NCBI GenBank assembly: GCA_903874275.1
Contig: CAIQRS010000027.1
Coordinates: 1-32,000 of the forward strand
Direction of reading: 5' to 3'
Length of the DNA: 32,000 nt
From: an uncultured Anaeromyxobacter sp.
Lineage (GTDB): Bacteria > Myxococcota > Myxococcia > Myxococcales > Anaeromyxobacteraceae
Positions 24,515-32,000 of the stretch are shown here, piece after piece; the stretch's first letter is position 1; the number at the start of each line of letters is the position of its first letter. The notes beneath the pieces are model-generated. The model was not told where the DNA came from. It made no database searches and saw only the letters and a program-made list of their open reading frames with translations. A program made the translations under genes and the position numbers.

Positions 24515-25369
24515 TCAGCGCTCCTGGAACTCCGGGGTCACGCGCGGGACGAGGCCCAGGTCGGCGGCCTCGGAGAGGAAGCGGCGCACCGCCTCCTTCC
24601 CCCTGGGTCCGGCGTCGCGGGTCCACTCGTTCACGTACATCCCCACGAACCGGTCGGCCTTCTCGCGGTCCAGGTCGCGGGCGAAGCCCATGGCGTAGTC
24701 GAGGGCCTCCTTGCGGTGGTCGAGCCCCCAGGCCACGGTCTCGGCCATGACCCTGGCGAGCGTGCGGCGCAGGGGATCGGGCAGGTCGCGCCGCAGCGCG
24801 TTCATGCCGAGCGGCAGCGGCAGGCCGGTGCGCTCCTTCCAGCTCGCCCCCAGGTCCTCGAGCACGCGGAACCCGTCCTCGCGGGCGGTGAGCTGCCCCT
24901 CGTGGATCACCAGCCCGGCCTCGGCCTTGCCCATCTTCACCATGCGCCCCACGTCCTTGAAGTCCACGAACATGGGGTCGAAGCCGGGGATGCGCATGCG
25001 CAGCGCCAGGTAGGCGCTGGTCCACTCGCCGGGCACGGCGATGCGGGCCTGGCCGAGCTCCTCCAGCCGGAGGAAGCGGGAGGTGGGGCTCACGATCACT
25101 GTGGGGCCGTAGCCGTCGCCGAAGGAGGCCCCGGCGTCGAGCAGCACGTACCGGTCGTGAACGTGGGCGTAGGCGGCCACGGAGATGGCGGTGATGTCGT
25201 GGGTGGCGTTGCGGGCCTCGTGGTTCAGCGACTCGATGTCGCCGGTCTGCTGGACGAAGGCCAGGCCGTCGGCCCCCACGGCTCCGTTGAAGAGACCGCA
25301 GAACATGAACGCGTCGTCGGAATCGGGGCTGTGGGCCACCCGGATCGTCTGCGGCATGGGCGCACTCAT
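24515..25369 (-). CDS. mqnD: MqnA/MqnD-family (VitK2_biosynth) protein, probably 1,4-dihydroxy-6-naphthoate synthase MqnD
   Basis: The last 284 codons of track ORF 24515..26806, starting at ATG 25369. The N-terminus IRVAHSPDSDDAFMFCGL resembles the MqnD HSPCPNDTF motif. A distinct MqnA-like domain occurs elsewhere in the cluster. Confidence 0.8.
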   Translation of the reverse strand: MSAPMPQTIRVAHSPDSDDAFMFCGLFNGAVGADGLAFVQQTGDIESLNHEARNATHDITAISVAAYAHVHDRYVLLDAGASFGDGYGPTVIVSPTSRFLRLEELGQARIAVPGEWTSAYLALRMRIPGFDPMFVDFKDVGRMVKMGKAEAGLVIHEGQLTAREDGFRVLEDLGASWKERTGLPLPLGMNALRRDLPDPLRRTLARVMAETVAWGLDHRKEALDYAMGFARDLDREKADRFVGMYVNEWTRDAGPRGKEAVRRFLSEAADLGLVPRVTPEFQER

Positions 25370-25372
25370 ATC

Positions 25373-25390
25373 TTTCAGCAATCGTTGAAA
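25373..25390. repeat. Inverted repeat TTTCA-N8-TGAAA in the mqnD / ubiD-like divergent spacer
   Basis: Read directly: TTTCAgcaatcgtTGAAA within the 54-bp AT-richer spacer 25370-25423. Function unknown (candidate operator). Confidence 0.3.
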
Positions 25391-25423
25391 CAAGGGATGG
25401 ATGGGAGTAGATCCCGGCTCCCC

Positions 25424-26938
25424 ATGGCTTACCGGTCCCTGCGCGATTTCCTCGATCGACTGGAGCGGGCCGGCGAGCTCGTCCGCGTCCGCGAACCCGT
25501 CGACCTGAAGCTCGACATGGCGGCGCTCGCCGACCGCGCCGCCAAGCAGCAGGGGCCCGCCCTCCTCTTCGAGAAGCCCTCCTCCGGCGCCATGCCGGTG
25601 GCCATGAACCTCTTCGGCACCCGGCGGCGCGCCGCCTGGGCGCTCTCCTGCGAGGACCTCGACGAGCCGGCCAGCGAGCTCCGGGCGCTGCTCAAGATGG
25701 CGCCTCCGCAGGGGCTCTGGGACAAGCTCAAGATGATCCCGAAGCTCGGGAAGCTGGCCTCGCTCCCCCCGAAGCACGTCTCCTCGGGGCCGGTACAGGA
25801 GATCGTGGAACGCGAGCCGGACCTGGCCTCGATCCCGGTGCTCACCACCTGGCCGCACGACGGCGGCCCGTTCATCACCCTGCCGCAGGTCATCACCCGC
25901 GACCCGGAGACCGGCATCCGCAACGTGGGGATGTACCGCTGCCAGGTGATGGGACCGCGCCAGGTCGGGCTCCACTGGCAGCTCCACAAGACCGCCAACG
26001 CCCAGTGGCGCGCCTACCGGAAGCGCGGCGAGCGCATGCCGGTGGCCATCGCGCTGGGCGGCGACCCTGCGCTCACCTACTGCGCCTCGGCCCCGCTCCC
26101 GCCGGGCATCGACGAGTACCTCTTCGCCGGCTTCCTGCGGAAGGAGTCGGTGCACATGGTGAAGGGCGTCACCGTGGACCTCGAGGTTCCCGCCGACGCC
26201 GACGTGGTCATCGAGGGCTACGTTTCCGACCAGGGAGTGGTTCGCGAGGGGCCCTTCGGCGACCACACCGGCTACTACTCGCTGGCCGACGACTACCCCT
26301 TCCTCGAGGTCACCGCCATCACGCGCCGCCGGGACGCCGTCTACCCGGCCACCGTGGTGGGGCCGCCGCCCATGGAGGACTACTGGATGGGCACCGCCAC
26401 CGAGCGGCTCTTCCTGCCCATGCTCCAGCTGGTCTTCCCCGAGGTGGTGGACATGGCCTTCCCGCCCGAGGGGGTCTTCCACAACCTCTGCTTCCTCTCC
26501 ATCCGGAAGGACTTCCCCGGCCACGCGCGCAAGGTCATGCACGGCCTGTGGGGCTCGGGACAGATGTCGGCCACCAAGACGCTGGTGGTCTTCGACGAGG
26601 ACGTGGACATCCACGACTTCTCCCAGTGCGCCTGGCGCGCCTTCGCCAACGTGGACGCCAAGCGCGACATGGTGGTGGTGGACGGCCCGGTGGACGTGCT
26701 CGACCACGCCTCCACCGCCTTCGGCCTGGGCGCCAAGGTGGGCATCGACGCCACCAGGAAGTTCGTCGAGGAGGGCGGGCGGGAGTGGCCCGAGCCCTGC
26801 GTCCACCCGCCCGAGGTGCTGGCCCGCATGGACGCCCTCTACGAGACGCTGGTGCCCGGGGCGCCGAAACCGTCGCGCCCCCGCATCGCGCCGCCGCCGG
26901 CGGCCAGCTGGATCCCGCGCCGCGGAGGCGGGGCGTGA
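25424..26938 (+). CDS. UbiD-family decarboxylase (menaquinone-pathway type, SCO4490/MqnL-like)
   Basis: ATG 25424 (MAYRSLRDFLDRLERAGELVRV..., the classic UbiD N-terminus), 504 aa. Contains NVGMYRCQV, GPFGDHTGYY and other UbiD contexts. The track ORF upstream of 25424 is antisense to mqnD. Confidence 0.92.
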   Translation: MAYRSLRDFLDRLERAGELVRVREPVDLKLDMAALADRAAKQQGPALLFEKPSSGAMPVAMNLFGTRRRAAWALSCEDLDEPASELRALLKMAPPQGLWDKLKMIPKLGKLASLPPKHVSSGPVQEIVEREPDLASIPVLTTWPHDGGPFITLPQVITRDPETGIRNVGMYRCQVMGPRQVGLHWQLHKTANAQWRAYRKRGERMPVAIALGGDPALTYCASAPLPPGIDEYLFAGFLRKESVHMVKGVTVDLEVPADADVVIEGYVSDQGVVREGPFGDHTGYYSLADDYPFLEVTAITRRRDAVYPATVVGPPPMEDYWMGTATERLFLPMLQLVFPEVVDMAFPPEGVFHNLCFLSIRKDFPGHARKVMHGLWGSGQMSATKTLVVFDEDVDIHDFSQCAWRAFANVDAKRDMVVVDGPVDVLDHASTAFGLGAKVGIDATRKFVEEGGREWPEPCVHPPEVLARMDALYETLVPGAPKPSRPRIAPPPAASWIPRRGGGA

Positions 26939-27639
26939 GCGGCGTCCCCCTGCCCGGGCAGGGCGAACGGGCCCAGGCGGTGCGCGCCATGTTCGACCGC
27001 ATCGCCCCCACCTACGACCTGCTCAACCGGGTCATGACGCTGCGGGTGGACCAGCTCTGGCGCAGGCGGGCGGTCCGCACCCTGCGGCTCGCACCGGGCG
27101 AGCGGCTCCTCGACGTCTGCGCCGGCACCATGGACGTGGCCGCCGAGGCCAGGCGCCAGTACCCGGAGGCGGTGGTCCTGGGGAGCGACTTCTCCATCCC
27201 CATGCTCTCGCGCGGGGCCGCCAAGACCGGGCTTCCCGCCGCCACCGCCGACGCGCTCCACCTCCCCTTCCGCACCGGCTCGGTGGACGCCGTCACCGTG
27301 GCGTTCGGCGTGCGCAACCTCGACAGCCACGAGGTGGGGCTCTCCGAGATGGCCCGGGTCATGAAGCCGGGCGCCCGGCTCGCCATCCTGGAGTTCTTCC
27401 GCCCCGAGTCCACCGGCACGCGCGCCTTTCACGGTGCGTACAACCGGCTGGCACTCCCGGTGATGGGGCGGCTGCTCTCGGCCGACGCCGGGGCCTACCG
27501 CTACCTGGTCGAGTCGATGGAGCGCTTCGCCTCCCTGCCCGAGTTCCTCGACGCGGCCGGGCGGGCCGGCTTCCGCGACGTGAAGGGGGAGCTGCTCTTC
27601 CCCGGGGTCTGCGGGCTGGTGACGGGGGTGCGCGCGTGA
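26935..27639 (+). CDS. menG: Demethylmenaquinone methyltransferase (UbiE/MenG family)
   Basis: GTG 26935 overlaps the upstream stop (GTGA), 234 aa. Contains VRAMFDRIAPTYDLLNRVMTLRVDQLWRR and the SAM motif LLDVCAGTMDV. Confidence 0.9.
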   Translation: MSGVPLPGQGERAQAVRAMFDRIAPTYDLLNRVMTLRVDQLWRRRAVRTLRLAPGERLLDVCAGTMDVAAEARRQYPEAVVLGSDFSIPMLSRGAAKTGLPAATADALHLPFRTGSVDAVTVAFGVRNLDSHEVGLSEMARVMKPGARLAILEFFRPESTGTRAFHGAYNRLALPVMGRLLSADAGAYRYLVESMERFASLPEFLDAAGRAGFRDVKGELLFPGVCGLVTGVRA

Positions 27640-28226
27640 AGCTGGTCGTCGCAGTGGGCGGAGCCTCCGGCTCCCCGTACGCGAAGCGGCTCCTCGACTT
27701 CCTGGCCCGGGAGGGGCCGTCGGCCGGCGTGTCTGTGGACCTGGTCTTCACCACCACGGCCCGCCAGATCTGGACCCACGAGATCGGCTCCCCCCCCGAC
27801 TACCCGTTCAAGGTCTGGAAGAACCAGGACCTGACCGCCCCGTTCTCCTCGGGCAGCGCCGGCTACGACGCCATGGCCATCGTGCCCTGCTCGGCGGCCG
27901 GACTGGCCCGCGTGGCCTACGGCGTCTCCACCGACCTGGTGGGGCGGGCCGCCGACGTGATGCTGAAGGAGCGCAAGCGGCTCGTCCTCCTGCTCCGCGA
28001 GACACCCATCTCCCTCATCCACGCCCGCGCCATCGCGCAGGTGGTGGAGGCCGGCGCCTTCGTCATGCCGGCCTCGCCCAGCTTCTACTCGAAGCCCAGG
28101 ACCATCGACGCGCTGGTGGACACGGTGGTGTCCCGCGTCCTCGACCGGCTCGGGATCCCCAACGAGCTGATGCGCCGATGGGACGGGATCTCCCCCCACG
28201 GCTGCGGCGAACCCACGGAGGAATGA
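27636..28226 (+). CDS. ubiX: Flavin prenyltransferase UbiX
   Basis: GTG 27636 overlaps the upstream stop (GTGA), 196 aa. Contains MKLVVAVGGASGSPYAKRLL, MAIVPCSAAGLARVA and LLLRETPIS, all typical of UbiX/Pad1. Confidence 0.93.
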   Translation: MKLVVAVGGASGSPYAKRLLDFLAREGPSAGVSVDLVFTTTARQIWTHEIGSPPDYPFKVWKNQDLTAPFSSGSAGYDAMAIVPCSAAGLARVAYGVSTDLVGRAADVMLKERKRLVLLLRETPISLIHARAIAQVVEAGAFVMPASPSFYSKPRTIDALVDTVVSRVLDRLGIPNELMRRWDGISPHGCGEPTEE

Positions 28227-29386
28227 TGCTCTCACCCCTGGCACACCGCGCCCTGGAGCGCGACGGGCTCGGCGCCATCCGCGACCGGGTGCTGGCAGGC
28301 CAGCGCCTGGGCGAGGCCGAGGCCCTCTCGCTCTTCGAGGCCAGCGACCTGGCCGCGCTGGGCGCGCTGGCGAACCACGTGCGCGAGGCCCGGCACGGCG
28401 ATCTCACCTTCTACAACCGCAACGTCCACCTGAACCCCACCAACGTCTGCGTGGCCACCTGCAAGTTCTGCTCGTTCGCGCGCCCCGACGACAAGCACGC
28501 CAGCGAGGGCTACACCATGTCCCTCGACCAGGCCGTGCAGCACGTGGTGTCGAAGCGGGCGCTGGGGATCACCGAGGTGCACATCGTCTCCGGCCTGCAC
28601 CCCGATCTTCCCTGGGAGTACTACCTCGAGACCGTGCGGCGGATCCGGCAGGCCTGGCCCGAGCTGCACATCAAGGGCTACACGGCGGTGGAGCTGCACT
28701 TCTTCGCCGAGAAGTTCGGGAAGTCGCTCGAGCAGGTGCTGCGCGAGCTCATCGAGGCCGGCCTCACCACCATCCCCGGCGGCGGCGCGGAGATCTTCGC
28801 CGCGCGGGTGCGCCGGAAGATCTGCGACGACAAGGCCACCGCCGAGCAGTGGCTCGAGGTGCACCGCACCGCGCACCTGCTGGGCTTGAAGTCGAACGCC
28901 ACCATGCTCTACGGCCACATCGAGACGCTGGCCGAGCGGGTGGACCACATGGCCCGGCTGCGCGACCTCCAGGACGAGACCCACGGCTTCCAGGTCTTCA
29001 TCCCGCTGGCCTTCCACCCCGAGCACAACATGATCGGGAAGGCCTTCCCCAAGCCCACCGGCTACGACGGCCTGCGCACCTTCGCGGTGGCCCGCCTCTT
29101 CCTCGACAACTTCGACCACGTGAAGGCCTACTGGGTCTCGCTGGGCGAGCGGCTGGCCCAGGTCTCGCTGTCGTTCGGCGTGGACGACGTGGACGGCACG
29201 GTGCTCGAGGAGCGCATCTACCACATGGCCGGGGCCACCACGCCGCAGGCCCTCTCGGAGGCCCAGCTCCACCGCATGATCCGCTTCGCCGGGCGCGTGC
29301 CCGTGGAGCGGGACAGCCTCTACAACGTGCTTCGCGTCCACGACGCGCCCGCCTCCGCCACCGCCGTCTCCGGGGGTCTCCGATGA
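28223..29386 (+). CDS. mqnE: Aminofutalosine synthase MqnE (radical SAM)
   Basis: ATG 28223 overlaps the ubiX stop (ATGA), 387 aa. Radical SAM cluster CVATCKFC. MqnE-type contexts FYNRNVHLNPTNVC, HIVSGLHP, TIPGGGAEIF, ATMLYGHIE and FQVFIPLAFHPEHN. Confidence 0.88.
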   Translation: MMLSPLAHRALERDGLGAIRDRVLAGQRLGEAEALSLFEASDLAALGALANHVREARHGDLTFYNRNVHLNPTNVCVATCKFCSFARPDDKHASEGYTMSLDQAVQHVVSKRALGITEVHIVSGLHPDLPWEYYLETVRRIRQAWPELHIKGYTAVELHFFAEKFGKSLEQVLRELIEAGLTTIPGGGAEIFAARVRRKICDDKATAEQWLEVHRTAHLLGLKSNATMLYGHIETLAERVDHMARLRDLQDETHGFQVFIPLAFHPEHNMIGKAFPKPTGYDGLRTFAVARLFLDNFDHVKAYWVSLGERLAQVSLSFGVDDVDGTVLEERIYHMAGATTPQALSEAQLHRMIRFAGRVPVERDSLYNVLRVHDAPASATAVSGGLR

Positions 29387-31254
29387 AGCTCCGCGCCGCC
29401 GCCGTCTCCTTCCTGAACGCGCGCCCGCTCACGGCTGGGCTCTCGGGAAGCCCGCTCATCGACCTGGTGCTGGCCGAGCCCTCCCTGTGCGCCTCGATGC
29501 TCGAGGCCGGCGACGTGGACCTGGCCCTGCTCCCGGTGGGGGCGCTGCCGGGGCGCGACTGGGAGGTGGTGCCCGGCATCGGCATCGGCGCCGACGGGCC
29601 GGTGGAGACCGTGGTGCTGGCCGGCGAGGAGCCGCCCGAGACCTGGGACGAGGTCTTCCTCGACACCGCCTCGCGCACCTCGCAGATCCTGGCCCAGCTC
29701 GTGCTCCGCGAGCGGGGGATCACTCCCCGTTACACGCACCTCCCGGCGCTGGAGGGGCTGGCCCGCGCGGTGGGCACGAAGGGGGCGCTGGTCATCGGCG
29801 ACCGGGCCTTCGAGGTGAAGCGCAAGGTGGTCCTCGACCTGGGGCGCGAGTGGAACCGGCTGACCAAGCTCCCCATGGTCTTCGCGGTCTGGGCGGCCCG
29901 CCCCGGCCTGCTCCGCCCCGAGGACGTGCAGGAGCTGGCCCGCGGCGCCCAGGTGGGGCTGGGGATGCGCACCGAGCTGGCCCAGCAGTTCGCCCGCGAG
30001 GCCGGCGGCGACCCCGAGCACTACCGGCGCTACCTGACCCGGAAGATCCGCTACGGCCTGGGTCCGCACGAGCTGGAGGGTCTGGAGACCTTCCTCTCGC
30101 GCGCCGCCGGGGCCGGGCTCGTGCCCCCCTCCCGGCTGCGCTTCGCCGACGACGTGGTGCGCAGCCGCCGCATCCGGCGCTCCGTGTCGCTCGACACCGC
30201 GCTCCAGAAGGGCGCCGACGGCGAGCGGCTCGACGCCGACGAGGCCGAGGCCCTCGACGAGAAGGCGCCGCTGCTCGAGCTGGGGCTGGCCGCCGACATG
30301 CGCCGCCGCGCCCTGCACCCCGACGGCGTGGTCACCTACATCGTGTCGCGCAACATGAACTACACGAACGTCTGCACGACCGCCTGCTCCTTCTGCGCCT
30401 TCTACCGCCCCCGCGGCCACGGCGAGGCCTACGTGCTCGACCGCGGCCAGATGGCCAGGAAGATCGAGGAGACGCTGGCGCTGGGCGGCATCGAGGTCCT
30501 GCTGCAGGGCGGTCTCCACCCCGACCTGGGGATCGAGTGGTACGAGGAGCTCTTCCGCTGGGTGAAGACCACCTACCCGGCCATCAACCTGCACGCCCTC
30601 TCCCCCGAGGAGATCTGGCACATCGCCCGCACCAGCCAGCTCTCGCTGGACGCCACCGTGGACCGGCTGGTGGCCTCCGGCCTCGACAGCATCCCGGGGG
30701 GCGGCGCCGAGGTGCTCGACGACGAGGTGCGCCGGCGCATCGCGCCCCTCAAGTGCTCCACCGACGAGTGGCTGACGGTGATGCGGGCCGCACACGTGAA
30801 GGGTCTGCGGAGCACCGCCACGCTGATGTTCGGGGTGGGCGAGGAGGCGCAGCACCGGGTCAACCACTTCCTCCGGCTGCGCGAGCTGCAGGACGAGACC
30901 AGGGGGTTCACCGCCTTCATCTGCTGGACCTTCCAGCCGGAGAACACCCGGCTCGAGCCGTCCGACAACAGCGCCCACGCCTACCTGCGCGTCAACGCCC
31001 TGGCCCGCCTGGTCCTCGACAACGTCCCCAACTTCCAGGCCTCCTGGGTCACCATGGGCGGAGGGGTGGCCCAGGCCGCCCTCCACATGGGGTGCAACGA
31101 CTTCGGCAGCGTGATGATCGAGGAGAACGTGGTCAGCGCCGCCGGCACCACCTTCCAGATGGACGCCGACGAGGTCGAGCGGCACATCCGCGACGCCGGC
31201 TTCCGCGCCGCCCGGCGCAACATGCGCTACCAGCTGGTCGGCCAGGCGGCCTAG
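29383..31254 (+). CDS. mqnA-mqnC: Fused MqnA (chorismate dehydratase)-MqnC (cyclic dehypoxanthinyl futalosine synthase, radical SAM) protein
   Basis: ATG 29383 overlaps the mqnE stop (ATGA). One uninterrupted 623-codon frame. The N-terminal ~270 aa is MqnA-like (MKLRAAAVSFLNARPLTAGL..., MVFAVWAAR). The C-terminal ~350 aa is MqnC-like (TYIVSRNMNYTNVCTTACSFCAFYR, LLQGGLHP, SIPGGGAEVL, ATLMFGVGE, FTAFICWTFQP). Confidence 0.88.
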   Translation: MKLRAAAVSFLNARPLTAGLSGSPLIDLVLAEPSLCASMLEAGDVDLALLPVGALPGRDWEVVPGIGIGADGPVETVVLAGEEPPETWDEVFLDTASRTSQILAQLVLRERGITPRYTHLPALEGLARAVGTKGALVIGDRAFEVKRKVVLDLGREWNRLTKLPMVFAVWAARPGLLRPEDVQELARGAQVGLGMRTELAQQFAREAGGDPEHYRRYLTRKIRYGLGPHELEGLETFLSRAAGAGLVPPSRLRFADDVVRSRRIRRSVSLDTALQKGADGERLDADEAEALDEKAPLLELGLAADMRRRALHPDGVVTYIVSRNMNYTNVCTTACSFCAFYRPRGHGEAYVLDRGQMARKIEETLALGGIEVLLQGGLHPDLGIEWYEELFRWVKTTYPAINLHALSPEEIWHIARTSQLSLDATVDRLVASGLDSIPGGGAEVLDDEVRRRIAPLKCSTDEWLTVMRAAHVKGLRSTATLMFGVGEEAQHRVNHFLRLRELQDETRGFTAFICWTFQPENTRLEPSDNSAHAYLRVNALARLVLDNVPNFQASWVTMGGGVAQAALHMGCNDFGSVMIEENVVSAAGTTFQMDADEVERHIRDAGFRAARRNMRYQLVGQAA

Positions 31255-31262
31255 GACGCGCC

Positions 31263-32000
31263 GTGACGGTCCGCGTCGCCGCAGCCACCTGGGTGCTCTC
31301 CGGACCGGACGCCCCTCCGGTGCGGGACGGCGCCGTGGCGCTCGACGGCGACGTGGTGGTCGAGGTCGGGCCCCGCGCGGAGGTCGAGGCGCGCCACGGT
31401 CCGGCCGGGGTGCGGCAGGCGGTGATCCTGCCGGCGCTCGTGAACGCACACCTGCACCTCGAGCTCTCCCACCTGGCCGGAGAGGTCCCCGGCGGCCGTG
31501 GCCTGGTCCCCTGGATCGAGACGCTGGTGGCCCGGCGCGCGCTGGGTGGCTCGGTCGAGGAGGGCATGGCCCGGGGCGCCGCGGCGCTGCGGGAGGCCGG
31601 CGTCGCCGCGGTGGGAGAGGTGACCAACGGCCTCGGCTCCGCCCCCCACCTGGCCCGCGAGGGGATTGCCGGCACCCTCTTCCACGAGATCTACGGCTTC
31701 ACCGAGAGGCGCGCGGCCGAGGCGATGCGGGCCGCCGCCGGAGTGCGCGACCGGGCCGGCGACTCCGGCCCGGGGCTGCGCGTGGCCCCGTGCCCGCACG
31801 CCGTCTACTCGACCTTCCTGGGCGCGGCCGCGGAGTTGCTCGGCGCCGGCCCCTCGTCGATCCACCTGGCCGAGGTCCCGGAGGAGCGCTCCTTCGTGGC
31901 CGGAGCGACCGGCCCCTTCGCCGACCTCGTCCTCCGGCTCGGGCTCGAGCCGGGCGCGCTCCGCCCCTTCGCCCGCTCCGCCGTGGACGCCGTGGCCCCC
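31263..32000 (+). CDS. Amidohydrolase-superfamily deaminase, N-terminal 246 codons (candidate aminodeoxyfutalosine deaminase); continues beyond window
   Basis: My translation from GTG 31263 is open to the window end: VTVRVAAATWVLSG...PALVNAHLHLELSHL (HxH metal motif), PHAVYS, IHLAEVPEE. It lies 8 nt after the mqnA-mqnC stop. Not in the track because it has no stop in the window. Confidence 0.8.
   Translation, partial: MTVRVAAATWVLSGPDAPPVRDGAVALDGDVVVEVGPRAEVEARHGPAGVRQAVILPALVNAHLHLELSHLAGEVPGGRGLVPWIETLVARRALGGSVEEGMARGAAALREAGVAAVGEVTNGLGSAPHLAREGIAGTLFHEIYGFTERRAAEAMRAAAGVRDRAGDSGPGLRVAPCPHAVYSTFLGAAAELLGAGPSSIHLAEVPEERSFVAGATGPFADLVLRLGLEPGALRPFARSAVDAVAP

Noticed and set aside
24515-26806. 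763-aa minus-strand ORF; also 29320..31449 (-), 12227..14113 (-), 8939..10666 (-), 6669..7751 (-), 7600..8757 (-), 7821..8960 (+), 22349..23431 (+)
   Set aside because: All are antisense or alternative-frame readings over genes with clear family signatures, and their compositions are dominated by Arg, Gly, Pro and Ala. For 24515..26806 only the 3' 284 codons (mqnD) are real.
30150-30230. Treating mqnA and mqnC as two separate genes using an internal GTG (DDVVRS) as the mqnC start
   Set aside because: The MqnA-like frame has no in-frame stop before the MqnC-like part, so as sequenced it must read through. It is reported as a fusion, with sequencing error noted as the alternative.

Overview
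Very GC-rich, densely coding chromosomal segment. The gene content suggests Myxococcota, possibly Anaeromyxobacter-like (inference from an AgmX/PglI-type tail domain, the futalosine pathway and multihaem cytochromes). I call 32 protein genes. I found no rRNA, tRNA, CRISPR array, transposase or integrase. In order: (1) 1-3181 (-), a type III polyketide synthase operon (PKS, ICMT-like methyltransferase, stand-alone ACP, fatty acyl-AMP ligase), an alkylresorcinol/alkylpyrone-type lipid cluster. (2) Housekeeping genes: clpB, a DUF3014-like gene, truA, a lipoprotein, a polyprenyl diphosphate synthase and a large M16 peptidase. (3) About 12.8-19.5 kb, an accessory-looking block. It holds two paralogous secreted proteins of unknown function. 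It also holds the most interesting locus in the window: two head-to-head, translationally coupled gene pairs. One pair is an RyR-domain protein plus a membrane-anchored TIR protein. The other is a small beta-barrel OMP plus a tandem SLATT/DUF4231-like 4-TM protein, followed by a second small OMP. I read this as a candidate uncharacterised, envelope-linked TIR signalling (defence-like) module. (4) 19.5-22.2 kb (-), a roughly decahaem cytochrome c operon with two paralogous Cys-less thioredoxin-fold/TPR proteins. (5) A zinc-ribbon/AgmX-PglI-tail membrane protein. (6) 23.3-32.0 kb, a menaquinone (futalosine pathway) supercluster: mqnD with two extra genes on the minus strand, and a tightly coupled plus-strand operon of UbiD-like decarboxylase, menG/ubiE, ubiX, mqnE, a fused mqnA-mqnC ORF and a partial amidohydrolase (likely aminofutalosine deaminase). 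Many long ORFs in the track are antisense or alternative-frame artefacts of the high GC content and were rejected. All family assignments come from motif recognition by eye; no searches were run.
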